Below, piece after piece: positions 13,553-26,385 of a stretch of 64,000 bases of DNA. This DNA comes from Chlorokybus atmophyticus. Lineage: Eukaryota > Plantae > Mesostigma and Chlorokybus algae. Position numbers and translations under genes: made by a program. Every line of letters begins with the position of its first letter. The stretch's first letter is position 1. The stretch covers positions 310,001 to 374,000 of the forward strand of contig RHPI01000810.1 of assembly GCA_009103225.1 (NCBI GenBank), in the 5' to 3' direction. Under the pieces are notes generated by a model. That model saw nothing but the letters and a program-made list of their open reading frames with translations, was not told the DNA's origin and ran no database searches.

Positions 13553-13924
13553 ATCTGTAGCTGTGGTGGCTGCTGCCGTTGCTGTGGCTGTGGCTGTGGC
13601 TGCGGCCGGCAGCCACTTCTTGGTCTCTCTCCTGCTTTTGCTCCTCCTACTGCTCCTCCTACTGCTCCATCATCCCCGCCAGTACCACTAACCCCTCCCT
13701 CGCCGCCATCAACACCAACGCTACCGCCCCTAAGAGCCGGTATTGCAGGAGCCTGAACAGGGGGGGCGAGGTGTGTTTGGGGGTAAGAGTCGGTGAGGGT
13801 GGAGGGTGGGGTGGGGGTGGGGGTGGGGGTGGGGGGAATGTTAGGTCATTGTAAAGGGGCTTACCTCCTCACAACTCGCCGGTGGTACAGTAGAGGGCTG
13901 ATCTTCTTGAGGACCTGTGCGCAT
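10612..13924 (-). CDS. YTH-domain m6A reader, copy 2, complete (identical to copy 1)
   Basis: Same ORFs shifted by 5119 bp. Confidence 0.88.
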
Positions 13925-15730
13925 GGTGCTGGGCGGTTGCGTAGACACTGCGTGAGCAACCAAGTGAGACACCTTGACACTTGCATGCATGCAAGAATAC
14001 TACGGCTGTGCAATTATACAGTTGGCTGATGACCGTCCTAGGTTGCGGGGAAGGGAAGGGAAGGGAAGGGGGGCACAAAGCACGTGCAGATGTCCCTCGC
14101 ATCGTGTATGTTCCAATATCAGACAGCAGCTCAGACTCAGATGATGAGGTTAGCAATGTCATCTGTGTTTTTGAATTTGCCCAATGCATCATGGCGAGCA
14201 CTTGCGTTGTGACAAGCAACAGCATTGTAGAGACATGTTGTACTTGATATGCGTGCGTTACATGCGCTGAATGTACTTGCTGCCTCTGTTGACAACAACT
14301 ATTGCTTAGGACATACGACTACGCGACAAGTACTTGCGAGGAACGGGTTGGTCGACCGGTGTAGCGGTATGCACTGATATTCCGGTTGCCAATGGCATCA
14401 GGTGTTGTCTGCATGACCATCATATGCAGCATGTTGTGGTATGCGTATCTATAAGACTGCACTCAAGTCAACTACGCTGTTGTTTCACTGCAGCAGCTCA
14501 TACAACACTCATTACTCCGCAGACCGACACCGACAATGGCAGCCAGGTAGTGAACAGACCACCGGCCCCAAAGCACAGGTTGGGTTGCAATCTCTCTGTT
14601 ATGCTGCATGCATGCATGCTGCGCTCTGTGACAGAGTATCTGAAACTGGATGTAAGCAGACACCACAAGCGGCGAGGTGCTTGACAGCACGACAAGGGGT
14701 AGGACACAGACGATGGTGGAGAGTTTCTGCAGTCTCTCACATCTGCGCTCGCGCACACACCGTCCGCGCGCAACAGCATTGCGTACGCTTCGAGCAGTTC
14801 CTCCAACAGGTAAAGCTTTGAAGTGCTTTTGGTCAAGATGTTTTGCAACTGTTGCTCTGGTAACCAGCATCATGGTAAGTTGCTGACGCTGACAGGTTCA
14901 CAACCAAGTTCCGGTGCAGCATTGGGTGTAAGAGAGCAAAGCAGTAGCGGGCACAATCAGCAAGAAGTTTGAAGGTGGTTGCACTGGGGTGATCGTAGAT
15001 CATCCAGCAAGTGCAAGATACAGAGATGCTGTTGCAGGATCGCGCACGCTAGCAACCAAAGCACAAAATTACATAATTTGTAATTACTTAATAATAATAC
15101 TCATCTCCGTCGGGAATTGCTGGACTAGTGTGGCAGATGTGGAAGAGGGGGTGGAGATCATTTTCAATTGTTAGTTTCAGTTTGCACGTTACTAGGAATC
15201 CTGTGTGAGTTTTGCTAAGGTGAGGGGCCAAATTTCACAGCTGGATGTGGTGAGTGGGTGCTTCTGTATGATGCAATTTCAATAGACAAGTTCCACGAAA
15301 GCGAGTGTTCATGTGCAGATGAAAAGCGCGTGTGGCGCATGCATGCGTAGTTGACTCCGAGTGAGTATATCACCACCTACTCGATGGTGCAGCTATGGTG
15401 CAGACACTGAGTGTGGAAGTTCATGGAAGCGGTTGGGCAAGGAAAGGTGCGCGAGAATACAGTTCATAACCAGAGCTGCAAGCTCGGCACAGTGGTCCGA
15501 TGCAGCCGCAAGTGGCCCGTGTGGCCCATTGTCCAATACACAAGCGCAACATGTCAATAAAGTCCGTCACACACAAGGCATTGCCCACGTGTTGCGACAA
15601 CAAGTGTCAAAGCTGTGCACGGCAGTGCACGAACAAAGCTACTTGATACACATATCTCAAACCTGGCTTGCTTACTGAAAAAATAACCCGTACACCAAAC
15701 TATTGTTTGAAAACATATCAACATGTCAAC

Positions 15731-18062
15731 TCAACTATCTACCACCAACACCTCCGCACCCACACCTGCACCCACTCCAACATCCTCCCCCTTCCCTCCG
15801 TCCACCACCAGCTGCTGTTCCATCCTCTCCCTAACACCCTCCACCTTCTCCCTCACAACCTCAACCTCAACCCCTTCCCCATGCACCCCCTCCTCCCCCT
15901 CCTCCTCCCCCTTCCCATCCCCATCCACCAACATTGTCTGCTTGCTGGCCACGGCCACGGCCACCCTCGCGCGCCTGCGCTCGCGCATGGCACGCTCACG
16001 CGTCTCGTAAAAGGCCCAGTCGTCGAGAACGGAGGCGGAGGCGGGATGGGTGGTGAAGGAGGAGAGGAAAGACAGCGCCTGAGGCCTGGGAACCTCCTGG
16101 TGAAGGACAGAGAGGTTGAGAGCGAACAGAGTGATGTGTTTGTGTGCGCATGCGCATGGACGAGCCGCATGTGCATGCATGCCAAGAGCATATGCATGGG
16201 CCTGGGTACGTATTACAATCTGCTGACAGTTGTGTGGTACCTGTGTGTCTCTGCTGTTGGTGATGGGTTTGTTGTCATTGTTCTCAAGGGTGATGTGTCG
16301 GAACTGCGTGTTGGGCACATCCTTGACGGCGAGCCACTTGATCGAGAAGTTCCCGCTCCACTTGTCCTGCTGCCAGTGATCCAGACTCTCCTCAAAATTC
16401 ACCTGCGTGCACATCACCGTAACCAAGCAAGCTCAACAACACAACCAACAGACATAAACATGAAGTTGAGTTAAAAGGCGACAACGACAACAACAGCGCA
16501 ACATCCACACTTACCGCGCTTGTCATTTGTGCCACACCGCAGAACTGCCCGCTGGCGTTCACAGAGAAGAAGAGTATGACTGGGGGAGGAGCAATCTGTT
16601 GCGCTTGCTGGTGGTTGTGTTCGTCTCCTTGCTGTTGTTGTGGAAGAGGCGGGGTGGACGCGAGCTGACAGGGAGAAACAGGACTGGGAGTAGTTGTATC
16701 GACAGTTGTGATAGGAGGCGTAGTAGTAGTAGTAGTAGTAGTAGTACTATCCTCGGTGGTATCCGGAATGCTGGTTGATGTTGGATCAACGGCACTGATA
16801 TCGATACCGGCACCAACACCGGCGTTTGCGCAAGCACGGAAGGCTGCATCGAGGCGGCGGTTGCCTGAGGCCGTGGAGGACCACACACCATACCTGATGC
16901 AACGCACGTGCACATGAACACCCATGAACACGCATCAATACTTCACTGCAACAACCCACATACACTTACACTCTTACACGCTTGCATGCGCACCCACGCC
17001 TGCAGCGTATGCTCGCATGCACGCTTGCATGTCCCAGACATGAGCAACTGCATGTGAACTCAACTCCTGATAAGGGCCACTCACTTGATGCTCTTGTGTA
17101 CGTCATCCTCCGAGTAGCTCTTAATCACAAAGAAGCGTGCCCCTTCCGGCACAACATCCTCCACATCCTCCTTCTCCCCGGCTCCCGCGCGCATGAGCGG
17201 CGAGTCCCACTCCACCGATATCGACGAGGGCGGGGACACTCCTGGCCCCGCCGACATCGCCGAGGAGGACCCTGAAGACCCCGAGGATGAGACTGAAGAG
17301 GGTGAGAACACATACCCATGTGTGTTGTTGGTACTACTATTTCCTCCTCCTCTTTGGCCTTTGCTGCCGGCTCGCCTCGTGCGCGGCGAGAATGCCACGC
17401 GCGGGCCGGGTCGGATGCCTGGCGATAAGGGTATGTTGTTGTGGTGGAAGATGTTGTTGTTGTTGTTGTTGAAGTGGTGGTGGTGGTGTTGGTTGTTGGT
17501 TGGGCTTGTGGTGGGAGGGGAGAAGAGGAGGTCCCCCGCGTGGTAGTGCGTGTGGGTGTGTACGTGCGAGGAGAGGTCCAGCCACGCGGGTCTGTGCTGC
17601 TGCGGCCTTGCAATCATGGATGCTGCTGCTTGGTCCTGCCATGTTGGGTAATGAGCAACATGTTGGGGTGTTGGGAAAGGCAGGACAGGATGGAAGATGT
17701 GCTGTGGATGATGATGTTGGCCTGCCTGCTGCATGATGTGGTGCTGGTGACGTGCATCGTAAGCCGCCGGTATGCCGTTCACCACAGGACTCCCCGTGAT
17801 GTACTGCGCCCCACCCTGGAGTGTAACACAACAACTCACTCATTAGCACACAGACATACACTCATGCACCCGCGCGCGCACCCACATTCAAGTGATAAAG
17901 AAGTACAGCATATAGATATGCGTCACTTGCCTGGGGGATGGAGCCATGCCCAACTATCGACTGCACATGTGCATCTCCCTTGACGTCGGCGGCATAATTG
18001 ACACCGCCCTTGTCCAATTGGTGCGCCGGGCCACTGTCTTGATACACCACTGGCACGGAGAA
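15731..18062 (-). CDS. YTH-domain m6A reader, copy 3, 5' part missing at the assembly gap
   Basis: Same ORFs shifted by 10238 bp. Sequence identity to the unit stops at the N at 18063. Confidence 0.8.
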
Positions 18063-18063
18063 N
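18063..18063. other. Single-N assembly gap / contig junction
   Basis: One n; the sequence to the right is unrelated to the repeat unit. Confidence 0.95.
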
Positions 18064-19512
18064 CAATGCTCATTACTGACATGCACATCTACCAGCATCA
18101 TCTGCATGCACATACGTTCTTCACTCTCATCCGCTGCTACGCCACGCTCCACCATGTTGCTGCCTCTGCTGCAGACGGCATGAATTGGGCTACTCAGATC
18201 AGGTAATGCAAGGCGGCTGCTACACCCTCTATGATGTTGACTACGCCACCGCCTACGTTGCCGCCGCTACTGCCGCCAAGTCTCAGGCCGTCACTACAGA
18301 CTGCCACGACAACATCCTTCCCCAAGCGACGGGGGGCTTCTATAACGCACCTCTGGTTAACCTAGACGGGATCGTACGTACGGCGCTCCGTTCTGTACCG
18401 AGATATCGGATCAGTCAGGAAGAGCATTGCGAGATATCGCAACAACTGCTCCCTTTGGTCCCGGTTAGCTAACCGCCAGAACTGGCGGAAGTGACCGAGG
18501 AGTATAACTGGGGTTCCGTCCTGACACTTTTTTCTTGCATCCGTATCTCTGCGACTGGTGTCCCGGGCGCGGTCGTTCAGGGATGCATATGATGCCCAAG
18601 TGCAAGAGTTGGGGCTCTTGTGCAGCGTGCAACGCGCGGGTGGGATATCCGCGCCAGCTCTGAGCGTCACAGCTAGCCACGATAGCCGGCTGTCAAGCGA
18701 CAACATGTGGCCTGCTCTATAGCCGTCCGATGCGGCACATCCGACATTTAGAATGATCCCACGACAGCTGTTGGCCTGATAATGCGTCGGTTGGCACCGA
18801 ATCCAATTCCGAGCAAGAGTCCAACCTCAGCTGACCGGCAGACAACCTCCAACTCTTTGCATTTGTGCACGTCTACCGAACCCAGGTTCTACTGTCTTGA
18901 TGCAAGGTATTGATTAATAATGCTAGTGCAGTTTTGGTGTGTGTGGTTGGCAAGCGTCCGGTGGACTAACAGGCCACGGCCCGTACGACAACACACGCAA
19001 CGACTCGTTGCCACGAGCCCCCGCCCAAAGGCACCACAGCCGGTTCATTAAAGCGCCTCGTTGCGCGGGCTTTATGCACTTTTACCGTAAGAAGCTTTTG
19101 CCAGGCCTTGTGGGCTTTTCTTTTCTCGCTGGAGGGAGGAGCGGGGGGCCTGGCCCCATCATGTCATAATGTGCCGGTAGGCCTGCCTTAGCCTCTGTGC
19201 CCCCACAACCGACGTATGCATGGATGCCAGGTGGATCTGATAATGTAACCGTACGCGATGCGGATGTACGACCTGCGCAAAGGAATCTCACGCCTGAGCT
19301 GGTGCGACGCGTCCCAATGAGATTCTACGCGGCCGGCAGCTGCCATCGTCCCTACAGGCGACAGCGGCATAGGGACCAGCAGCACAACAGCACTTGCGTC
19401 ACGCACGTGACTCGTCACCTACTGTACAAATCACGAGTCACGATTCATAACGAGTGTTGCGTAACGCAGTAACGTAAGTCACGCTCAGCATCATGTGTGA
19501 CACATGACGCTG

Positions 19513-19528
19513 GTTTTGGCGCCAAAAC
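19513..19528. promoter_or_regulatory. Perfect 16-bp palindromic E2F-type site GTTTTGGCGCCAAAAC upstream of DCC1
   Basis: Ends 39 bp before the DCC1 ATG and matches the TTTSSCGC E2F consensus on both strands. Confidence 0.65.
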
Positions 19529-19566
19529 AGAGAACGGCTTTGCCACGTGGCAGGTAGAGGGCGCAC

Positions 19567-21789
19567 ATGGCGGTGGCGGCGGCGGTGAAGGTGGTGGCGT
19601 TCGTGGAGGACTACCAGCCGGCGGCGGTGGAGGAGCTCCGGCTGCTGGAGGTCGGTGACGAAGAACTGCTGCGGGAGCTGCTGGCGGAGGGGTAAGAAAG
19701 TCCTGCCCCACTATAAACAAAGGCATTGCATGGCACGCTGCTGCGAGGCATCTCTCAAACCAACCATCATGCATGCAAGAAATTACTCATCGCTGATAAT
19801 GCATTAAAAATCGATGAAGATTGCTTTCCATCCAGTAAACCTACGCAATACATTTCTCTCCAGGGCAAGTATAAAGGGTCCGCTTACTGCTGCCCGCCAG
19901 ACAAGAGACCCACACTCTCACCCTCAACCACACCAACAACAACCACAAGCACATCAGCAACTCCCTCCACCAGCTGTTCTCTGCACGCGTTCCCGCACAT
20001 ACGCGCTCCGTGCTCAGGAGACCTCCAACGCCCTCCTACTCTGCGCCCCACCACCTCCGCCACCCAATGATGACGACGCGGAGATGCTCGACACCCACGA
20101 CAACAACAACAACATGTTGAGGGTTGTTGGAGTGAAGGGCTCGTACTGGGAGCTTGCAGAAACTGCACCAAAGACCGACGAGGTAGTTGAAACAACAAGT
20201 GGTTATCGACACAAAACCCCAACGTTGTGTTCATGTTGTTGTTGTCCTCGCCCTCAGTTGGAGAGGCTTCTAGCGGAGAGCGTGTACACGGAAGCTGACG
20301 ACAACGAGGAAGGGGAGGACGAGCGCATGGCTTACGGGGACCCGAGGAGGATGTACACCTTTAACGAGTTGCTGGAACGCGTTCAGGTAGGGTGTCTTCG
20401 CGCATGTGCGTGTGTTTCAGGACGTGTACGTAAGCATGCATGAGTGCAAGTACGTGAGCGCGTACGTTTGCAAGAGCACCTGTCTGCGCTTGCCTGTGCT
20501 CCCATACACACACATGCACGTCTATGTACATGTCTGTACGCTTGTGCCCAATCGTAGCAGGCACACACTGCATGCACGGTACCGTAGCAGTGTAGTAGCG
20601 TGCGCGTTGACACGTGCACGTCCTCCTCCCTCCGCAGGCCAGCGATCACGAGCTCCGTCTCGCCCTCTCCTCCCTCCACGCCCTCCCCCTCCCCCCCCAC
20701 ACCCGCCTCGTCCACCCCTCCGTCTCCTCCCACGTCCTCCGCCTCCTCCTCCTGTCCGCCACCGAGCTCGGACTCCCCCTCTCATCACCATTAACCGTGT
20801 CCCGGCTCGCGCCCGCGATGACGGGAGTGAGGAAGGAGTTGGTGGAGCATGGGCTGAGAATGTTTGGGAGGGAGAGGTGGGAGGGGGTGGGAGAGGGGGG
20901 GGAGGGGTGGGTGGTGGATGGGGAGAAGGTGTGCGCGTTCTATGGGGTTGGGATATTGCAAAAGACCACGAGGTGGAAGGTGAGGTGCCTGTGCCTGCGC
21001 ATGTCCTTGCGCAGATGTGTGCATGCATGCAGGCACGCACGTGCGCGCGCGCGCGTGCCTGTATGTGTGTGGTCTGCGCGTGAGTTGAGAGACACTTCCT
21101 GTTTGTTTGCCAGTTGGAGGACTTCATGGCGGCATGGAAGGAGGCCGTGCCTGAGGTGAGTGACTCGAGGCCACATTTTCCGCAACATACATTACACCAA
21201 ACCCAACAAGCACAGCACAGCACAGCACAGCACACGACACCGTGTTTGTTGGGTTTCATGTTTCTGTGTGGCCGGCTGTTGCACAACGCAAACTCTGATA
21301 CGCATGCCGTGAGGGCAAGCCGGATCATGCACGCAACACACACACACACGCGCACACGCACACGCACACGCGTGTATGCGCAGCCCTTCTCCCCCTCCTC
21401 CCTCTCCCCCCTCCGCGCCGACTGCCTCCTCGACACCCTGGGCGGCGCCCCCTACGTCTCCCTGTTCCGCGAGCGCGACCTACCCGACGACCCGGACGCG
21501 CGGTTCAGAGCGCTGTTCGAGAGACGGGCGAGGTGGACCGCCGAGGAGATCGAACCGTTCGTGAGGTGAGTGTGAGTGTGAGAGTGGGTGGGTGGGTGGG
21601 TGGGTGCACGTTCGCTTGCTTGTATGTACATCGTCCCCGTCGTTACTAGTGGTGCTGTGTGCTGATGACCACTGGCGTATGCGTGGCAGGCGGTTGCGTG
21701 CGCCGGGTCAGAGCATCGAGAGCCTCCTGCTCAGGCACGCAAGGCTCACGCAGGGCACGGGAGGAGACGCATTCTACTCGGCGCGGTGA
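19567..21789 (+). CDS. DCC1: Sister chromatid cohesion protein DCC1 (Ctf18-RFC subunit), multi-exon
   Basis: MAVAAAVKVVAFVEDYQ...LRLLEVGDEELLRELL; AVLCTRSRTYALRAQETSNALLL; QASDHELRLALSSLHAL; LEDFMAAWKEAVP; LPDDPDARFRALFERRARWTAEEIEPFV; SIESLLLRHAR...FYSAR*. Confidence 0.9.
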
Positions 21790-22707
21790 CATATGCAAAG
21801 AGAAAGCAACATCACAATATATAGCACAAAATCAAGATGTCGTGTTGGAGATGTATAATGCATGTGTGTAGATAGGAAGTGTACTATTCAAGTCCTCTTC
21901 ATACCGCCAACATGTGAAGCATGCACGTAGTGCTGAATCTGCTGCCCGTGTTGGTGTAGAAGCAGGGGCAGTGTTGCTGCTAGACCTTAGCAGTTGTGTG
22001 GCTAGTGTGCTGACTGGGTGTCTCTCATGACGGCCACGCTTCCAAGCATACATATCAAAAACCACCTCAGCAATTTTCGACGATGACGACGTTCACTACC
22101 GTGCCCGCAGAAGGCCGTATGTAAGTTGCTGTGTGCGTCGTTTGTGGCTGGCATGAGTGAGAGTGCAGGGTCATATCACAAAAGATCCCAGCCCCACACG
22201 AAATGCAACATCAAGGGAAAGAGTGACCACAACTTGGGTTAAACAGCAACAATCAAACAAGCACCACAATCACACCAACCAAACCAACGACGATCATGCC
22301 TTGCCTCGACCGACTGCAGCTCCAGAAAAGACTGGTTGTGTCTTTTTATTCTAGCTGCCCTAGCAAAAGTCAGCCGTGCAACGGAGTCTTTGAGTGCGTG
22401 CATGGTTGCATGCATGCATGCAACCATGTGCGTCTGCAGAAGCGCAGTTATGCCGTTTTGGCGCGGCGACTGGGTGGTGATGAGTAAGTAATGTAAACCA
22501 ACAGCAAGGACAACCGTGCTGGAGTGTTTACATCAGCATGTAACAACGACTGCTACGTTTGCAAGTCACTTTCTTCAGCAGTCGGACAGACCGACAGACC
22601 CAACGTTGCAGGCGTCGTCATCGTTGTAGTCGGCGTCGGCGTCGGCGTCGGCGTCGGTGTCGGTGGCAGCAGCGGCGGCGGCGGCGGCCTCGTCGTCCTC
22701 GGTGACC

Positions 22708-25700
22708 ATGTCCGGGTTAGAGACGAAGGCGGTGTTCGATGCCGCGGGCCCCCTCCCCTTCACGTCCCGCCGCTCCGCCGTCTACGGGACGCGCGGGGTG
22801 GCGGCGTCCAGCCAGCCGCTGGCGACAGAGGCGGGGATAAGGATACTGCAGCAGGTGGGGGGGTGTTGAGTTAGACACCGTTGGCGTGTGTCATCGTCGT
22901 CGTCGTCTCCGTCTCCATGCAGTTTGCTTGCTTTGCACGTGCATGCACGCTGAGTGCCAGAAATGATTGACTGCACTGTGGGGTTTGGGGCCATGCAAAG
23001 TCAGTTTGGATGTGTGTGTGTACGTTGCAAGCGACGACCACCACTGTGTGCAACAGCGCTCGAGGGTGGTGGTTGGTGCATGGTTTAGTAGTTAATGTTC
23101 ATAAGCATTGGAGCAACGAATTGCTGCTAGTATCGATGTCAACTGCAGCAGTCGAGGGTTGCTACATTGCAGTAGTTGTTGTTGTTGTTGTTGTCATCAT
23201 TGACAGCATCAACTGGCTTCTTGGTCTGTTTGACTGTTGTTTGTGCCACCACGCTCACCATAAAACAGGGCGGCAATGCCGCGGACGCCGCCGTCGCCAT
23301 GGCCGCCTGCCTCAACGTCACAGAACCATGCTCAACAGGCAAGCAAGCCAGCCTTGTAGTAACTTTTTACCACCACCACCACCACCACCACCACCTCATC
23401 ATCATCATCATCCCCACCATCCCCAACCCTCCCCCAGGCATCGGCGGCGACGCCTTCGCCCTGTTCTACTCCGCGTCCTCCCGCCGCGTCGAGTCCGTGC
23501 TGGGCAACGGTCGCAGCCCCGCCGCGCTCACGATGGAGATGGTCAGAGAACGGGGGTACGAGGGGGGGATACCCAAGTTCCATGGGATGTCGGTCACGGT
23601 GAGTTCTGTGTGTGTGTGTGGTGTGCTGTGGGAGAGGGGTGGACATACATACACGCACATGCACGCGGGCCTTGACACATGCCCGTGCACATACGCATGC
23701 ACATGCGCATGCAAGCAAGGCACGTACTGTAATACACGAACTACATAAGTACACCCCAGCAGGTTACCAAAATGGTGTCTTTCGTCGACAGGTTCCTGGG
23801 GCCGCTGCGGCATGGGTGGATATAGTGGAGCGCTTCGGCAAGCTGTCGCTCGCACAGGTACGGACAGACAGTCAGCAATGCTTGTTGCTGATCGCCTGGT
23901 ATCGGTCACAACAATGCTCCTGTTCCTTCTATCTGTCTATCTAATGGTCATTCTCTGTGCAGGTGCTTCAACCAGCAATCGAGCTAGCCGAGAACGGGTA
24001 CCCCGTCGGACCCACAACCGCAGTGCACTGGCAGGTTCACAAGCACACAAGTCACAACCAGTTGCCACAATCTCAACAACACACGTAACAACCTGTCTCT
24101 CCTCCTCCTCCCCCTCCTCCTCCTCCAGCTCGGCGTTGATCAGCTGAAGCAAGGCGGCCCCCACTTCAACGACATGTTGTTGGACGGCCGCGCCCCCCGC
24201 GCCGGACAGGTGATACGCATGCCCAAGCTGGCCGAGACGTTCCGGACGCTGGCGCGGGAGGGGAAGGACGGGTTCTACAAGGGGAGGGTGAGTGTGGGTA
24301 TGTGTGGGCATGTGTACAAGTCTCTGAACAATACGTGCGGTAGATTGCGGAGGCTATTGTGGAGGCGGTGAAGGCGCGGGGAGGCGTGATGGAGATGTCG
24401 GATCTGGCGGAGCATACCAATGAGATCGGGCAACCCATCTGCACGCGCTACAGAGGGGTGTGTGTGTGCGTGTGGGAATGTGCGTGCATATTGGGGGGGG
24501 ACATTGTATGATGGTCAGAGTCTCTCGGGTGTTGCAGGTGGACATATGGGAGGTGCCGCCTCCCACGCAAGGGCTGGCCGCCCTGCTGGCGCTCAACATC
24601 TTCGAGGCTTGTGAAGGGACAGACAAGCCGTCCGTGCAGGTGGGTGTGTGACTGTGTCTGCAGAGTGAATGTGATGACTACAACTGCACATAATGCAAGA
24701 ACAGAGACCACAATTTCAAGCACATGCATGCACACACGCACTCACATGCATATGTCCACACAGCTGCACACATATGTACACAAACGCGCGCGCTGCTTGT
24801 TTGTACATTCATGCTATCACCAACATGAGCATAGCCACGCTCAAGCGTATGGCAAGCACACATGCACTTGCACACGCTGTTGAGTTTACTAAAACAGGTG
24901 GTGGTTCACTCAGGCCGGTCACGACTCTCCCGAGTACTTCCACACGGCCATCGAGTCCATGCGTCTCTCGTTCGGCGACGCCCTCCACCACATTGCCTGC
25001 CCGCAGAGCGTCCCGCACGTCCCCATCAAGGGACTCCTGTCCAAGGTGGGAGCGAGTGGAGTGACATTGTGTTGGGTTTTGATTGTGTTGGGGAAGAGGT
25101 AGGTGAGGAGTGATTGCTGTCGTGTCGTGCAGGACTATGCTGCCGAGCGCGCAAAGCACATCGAGCCGAACAGGTGTTGCAAAGTGCAGGTGAGAGAGAA
25201 GCAGAATCTGTGTGCATGTGTGTGTGCGCGTGTATGCGCGCGTGGGTTCGTGATGGCAAGAGTTCTCAAAAACACCATTGGAGCAAAACTTAGGCGCTTG
25301 CAACAGGAGGCGATGTGGTTTTGATGTGATGCTGTTTTCCACAGGCAGGTTCTCCGGTGTCCGCGGGGGGAGACACGGTGTACTTCTGCGTGATCGACGG
25401 CGAGGGCAACGGCATGAGCATGATCAACTCCAACTACATGGGCTTCGGTTCGGGCATCATACCAGAAGGCTGTGGCTTCTCCCTGCAGGTGGGGCTTACA
25501 CTTCAACTGTACACCTCACAGCTGCAACCCAACCCTGTTGTGTGACAGAACCGCGGGCAAAACTTCAGTCTTGACCCGAACCACGCGAACGCGCTCGGCC
25601 CGAAAAAGCGTCCTTACCACACGATCATCCCGGGGCTGGCCACCACGGCGGGAGGGGACCTCCACAGCACCTTCGGGGTGATGGGAGGGTTCATGCAGCC

Positions 25701-26385
25701 GCAGGGACACATGCAGGTCAGTTGTTGTATGTATGTGTGTTCTTCTAGCTTTGTGTTGGATTGTTCGGTTGAGGGGGCACCCCTGTCGTGATGCAGTTGT
25801 TAGGTTGGTTTTGCACGGTGCTTGTGTATGTGCGCGCGCGCGCATGTGTGTGTGTGTGTGTGTGTCTCTCCCTTCACAAGGCTACTTGCAGGTCGTCATC
25901 AACATGCTGGACTTTGGGATGGACCCGCAAGCGGCCCTGGACGCCCCGCGCTTCTGCGTGCGCGGGCCCGGCGAGACCGGACACCACGCCGGGGAAGTGG
26001 AACTCAGCAGAGTGTACCTCGAGTTACACCCCGGTGAGGAAAAAGAGCACATGCGGCCATGTGTGTGTGTGTGCGCGCAGGCGCGTGCATGTATGCGCCT
26101 GTGGCTGGCTACGTACTACATGTCCGCACATATTACAAGCACACACCACTTCACAGCGTTATACATATACCAACATCTAGTATATGCCTCCATCCATTGT
26201 GTTCTGCAGGTACGCCCATCATTGCGGAGCGTCTGGTCGTGCTGGGCCACGACGTGGAGCTGCTGTCCGATCACTACCGAGCGCATCAGTTCGGGCGCGG
26301 ACAGATCATCACGCGGGACCCCGAGACCGGCGTGCTGTGCGGAGGTTCAGACCCGCGCGCCGACGGACTGGCCATTGCATGGTAG
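22708..26385 (+). CDS. Gamma-glutamyltransferase / glutathione hydrolase, YwrD-like (bacterial/fungal-type) Ntn hydrolase, multi-exon
   Basis: [26 protein letters not shown]; [32 protein letters not shown]; [10 protein letters not shown]; [16 protein letters not shown]; nucleophile segment [29 protein letters not shown]; [10 protein letters not shown]; [13 protein letters not shown]; FGRGQII...[14 protein letters not shown]. Confidence 0.92.

Larger units (their letters stand above)
3836..18062. repeat. Head-to-tail tandem array of a 5,119-bp unit (3836-8954, 8955-14073, partial 14074-18062)
   Basis: cacaaagcacgtgcagatgtccctcgc recurs at 3836, 8955 and 14074. The ORF track repeats with an offset of exactly 5119 and identical translations. 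The array stops at a single N (18063). Confidence 0.97.

Noticed and set aside
21850-22700. Possible small gene or snoRNA between DCC1 and GGT
   Set aside because: Scattered splice-like signals and GCC repeats, but no coherent ORF or box C/D or H/ACA layout that I can support.
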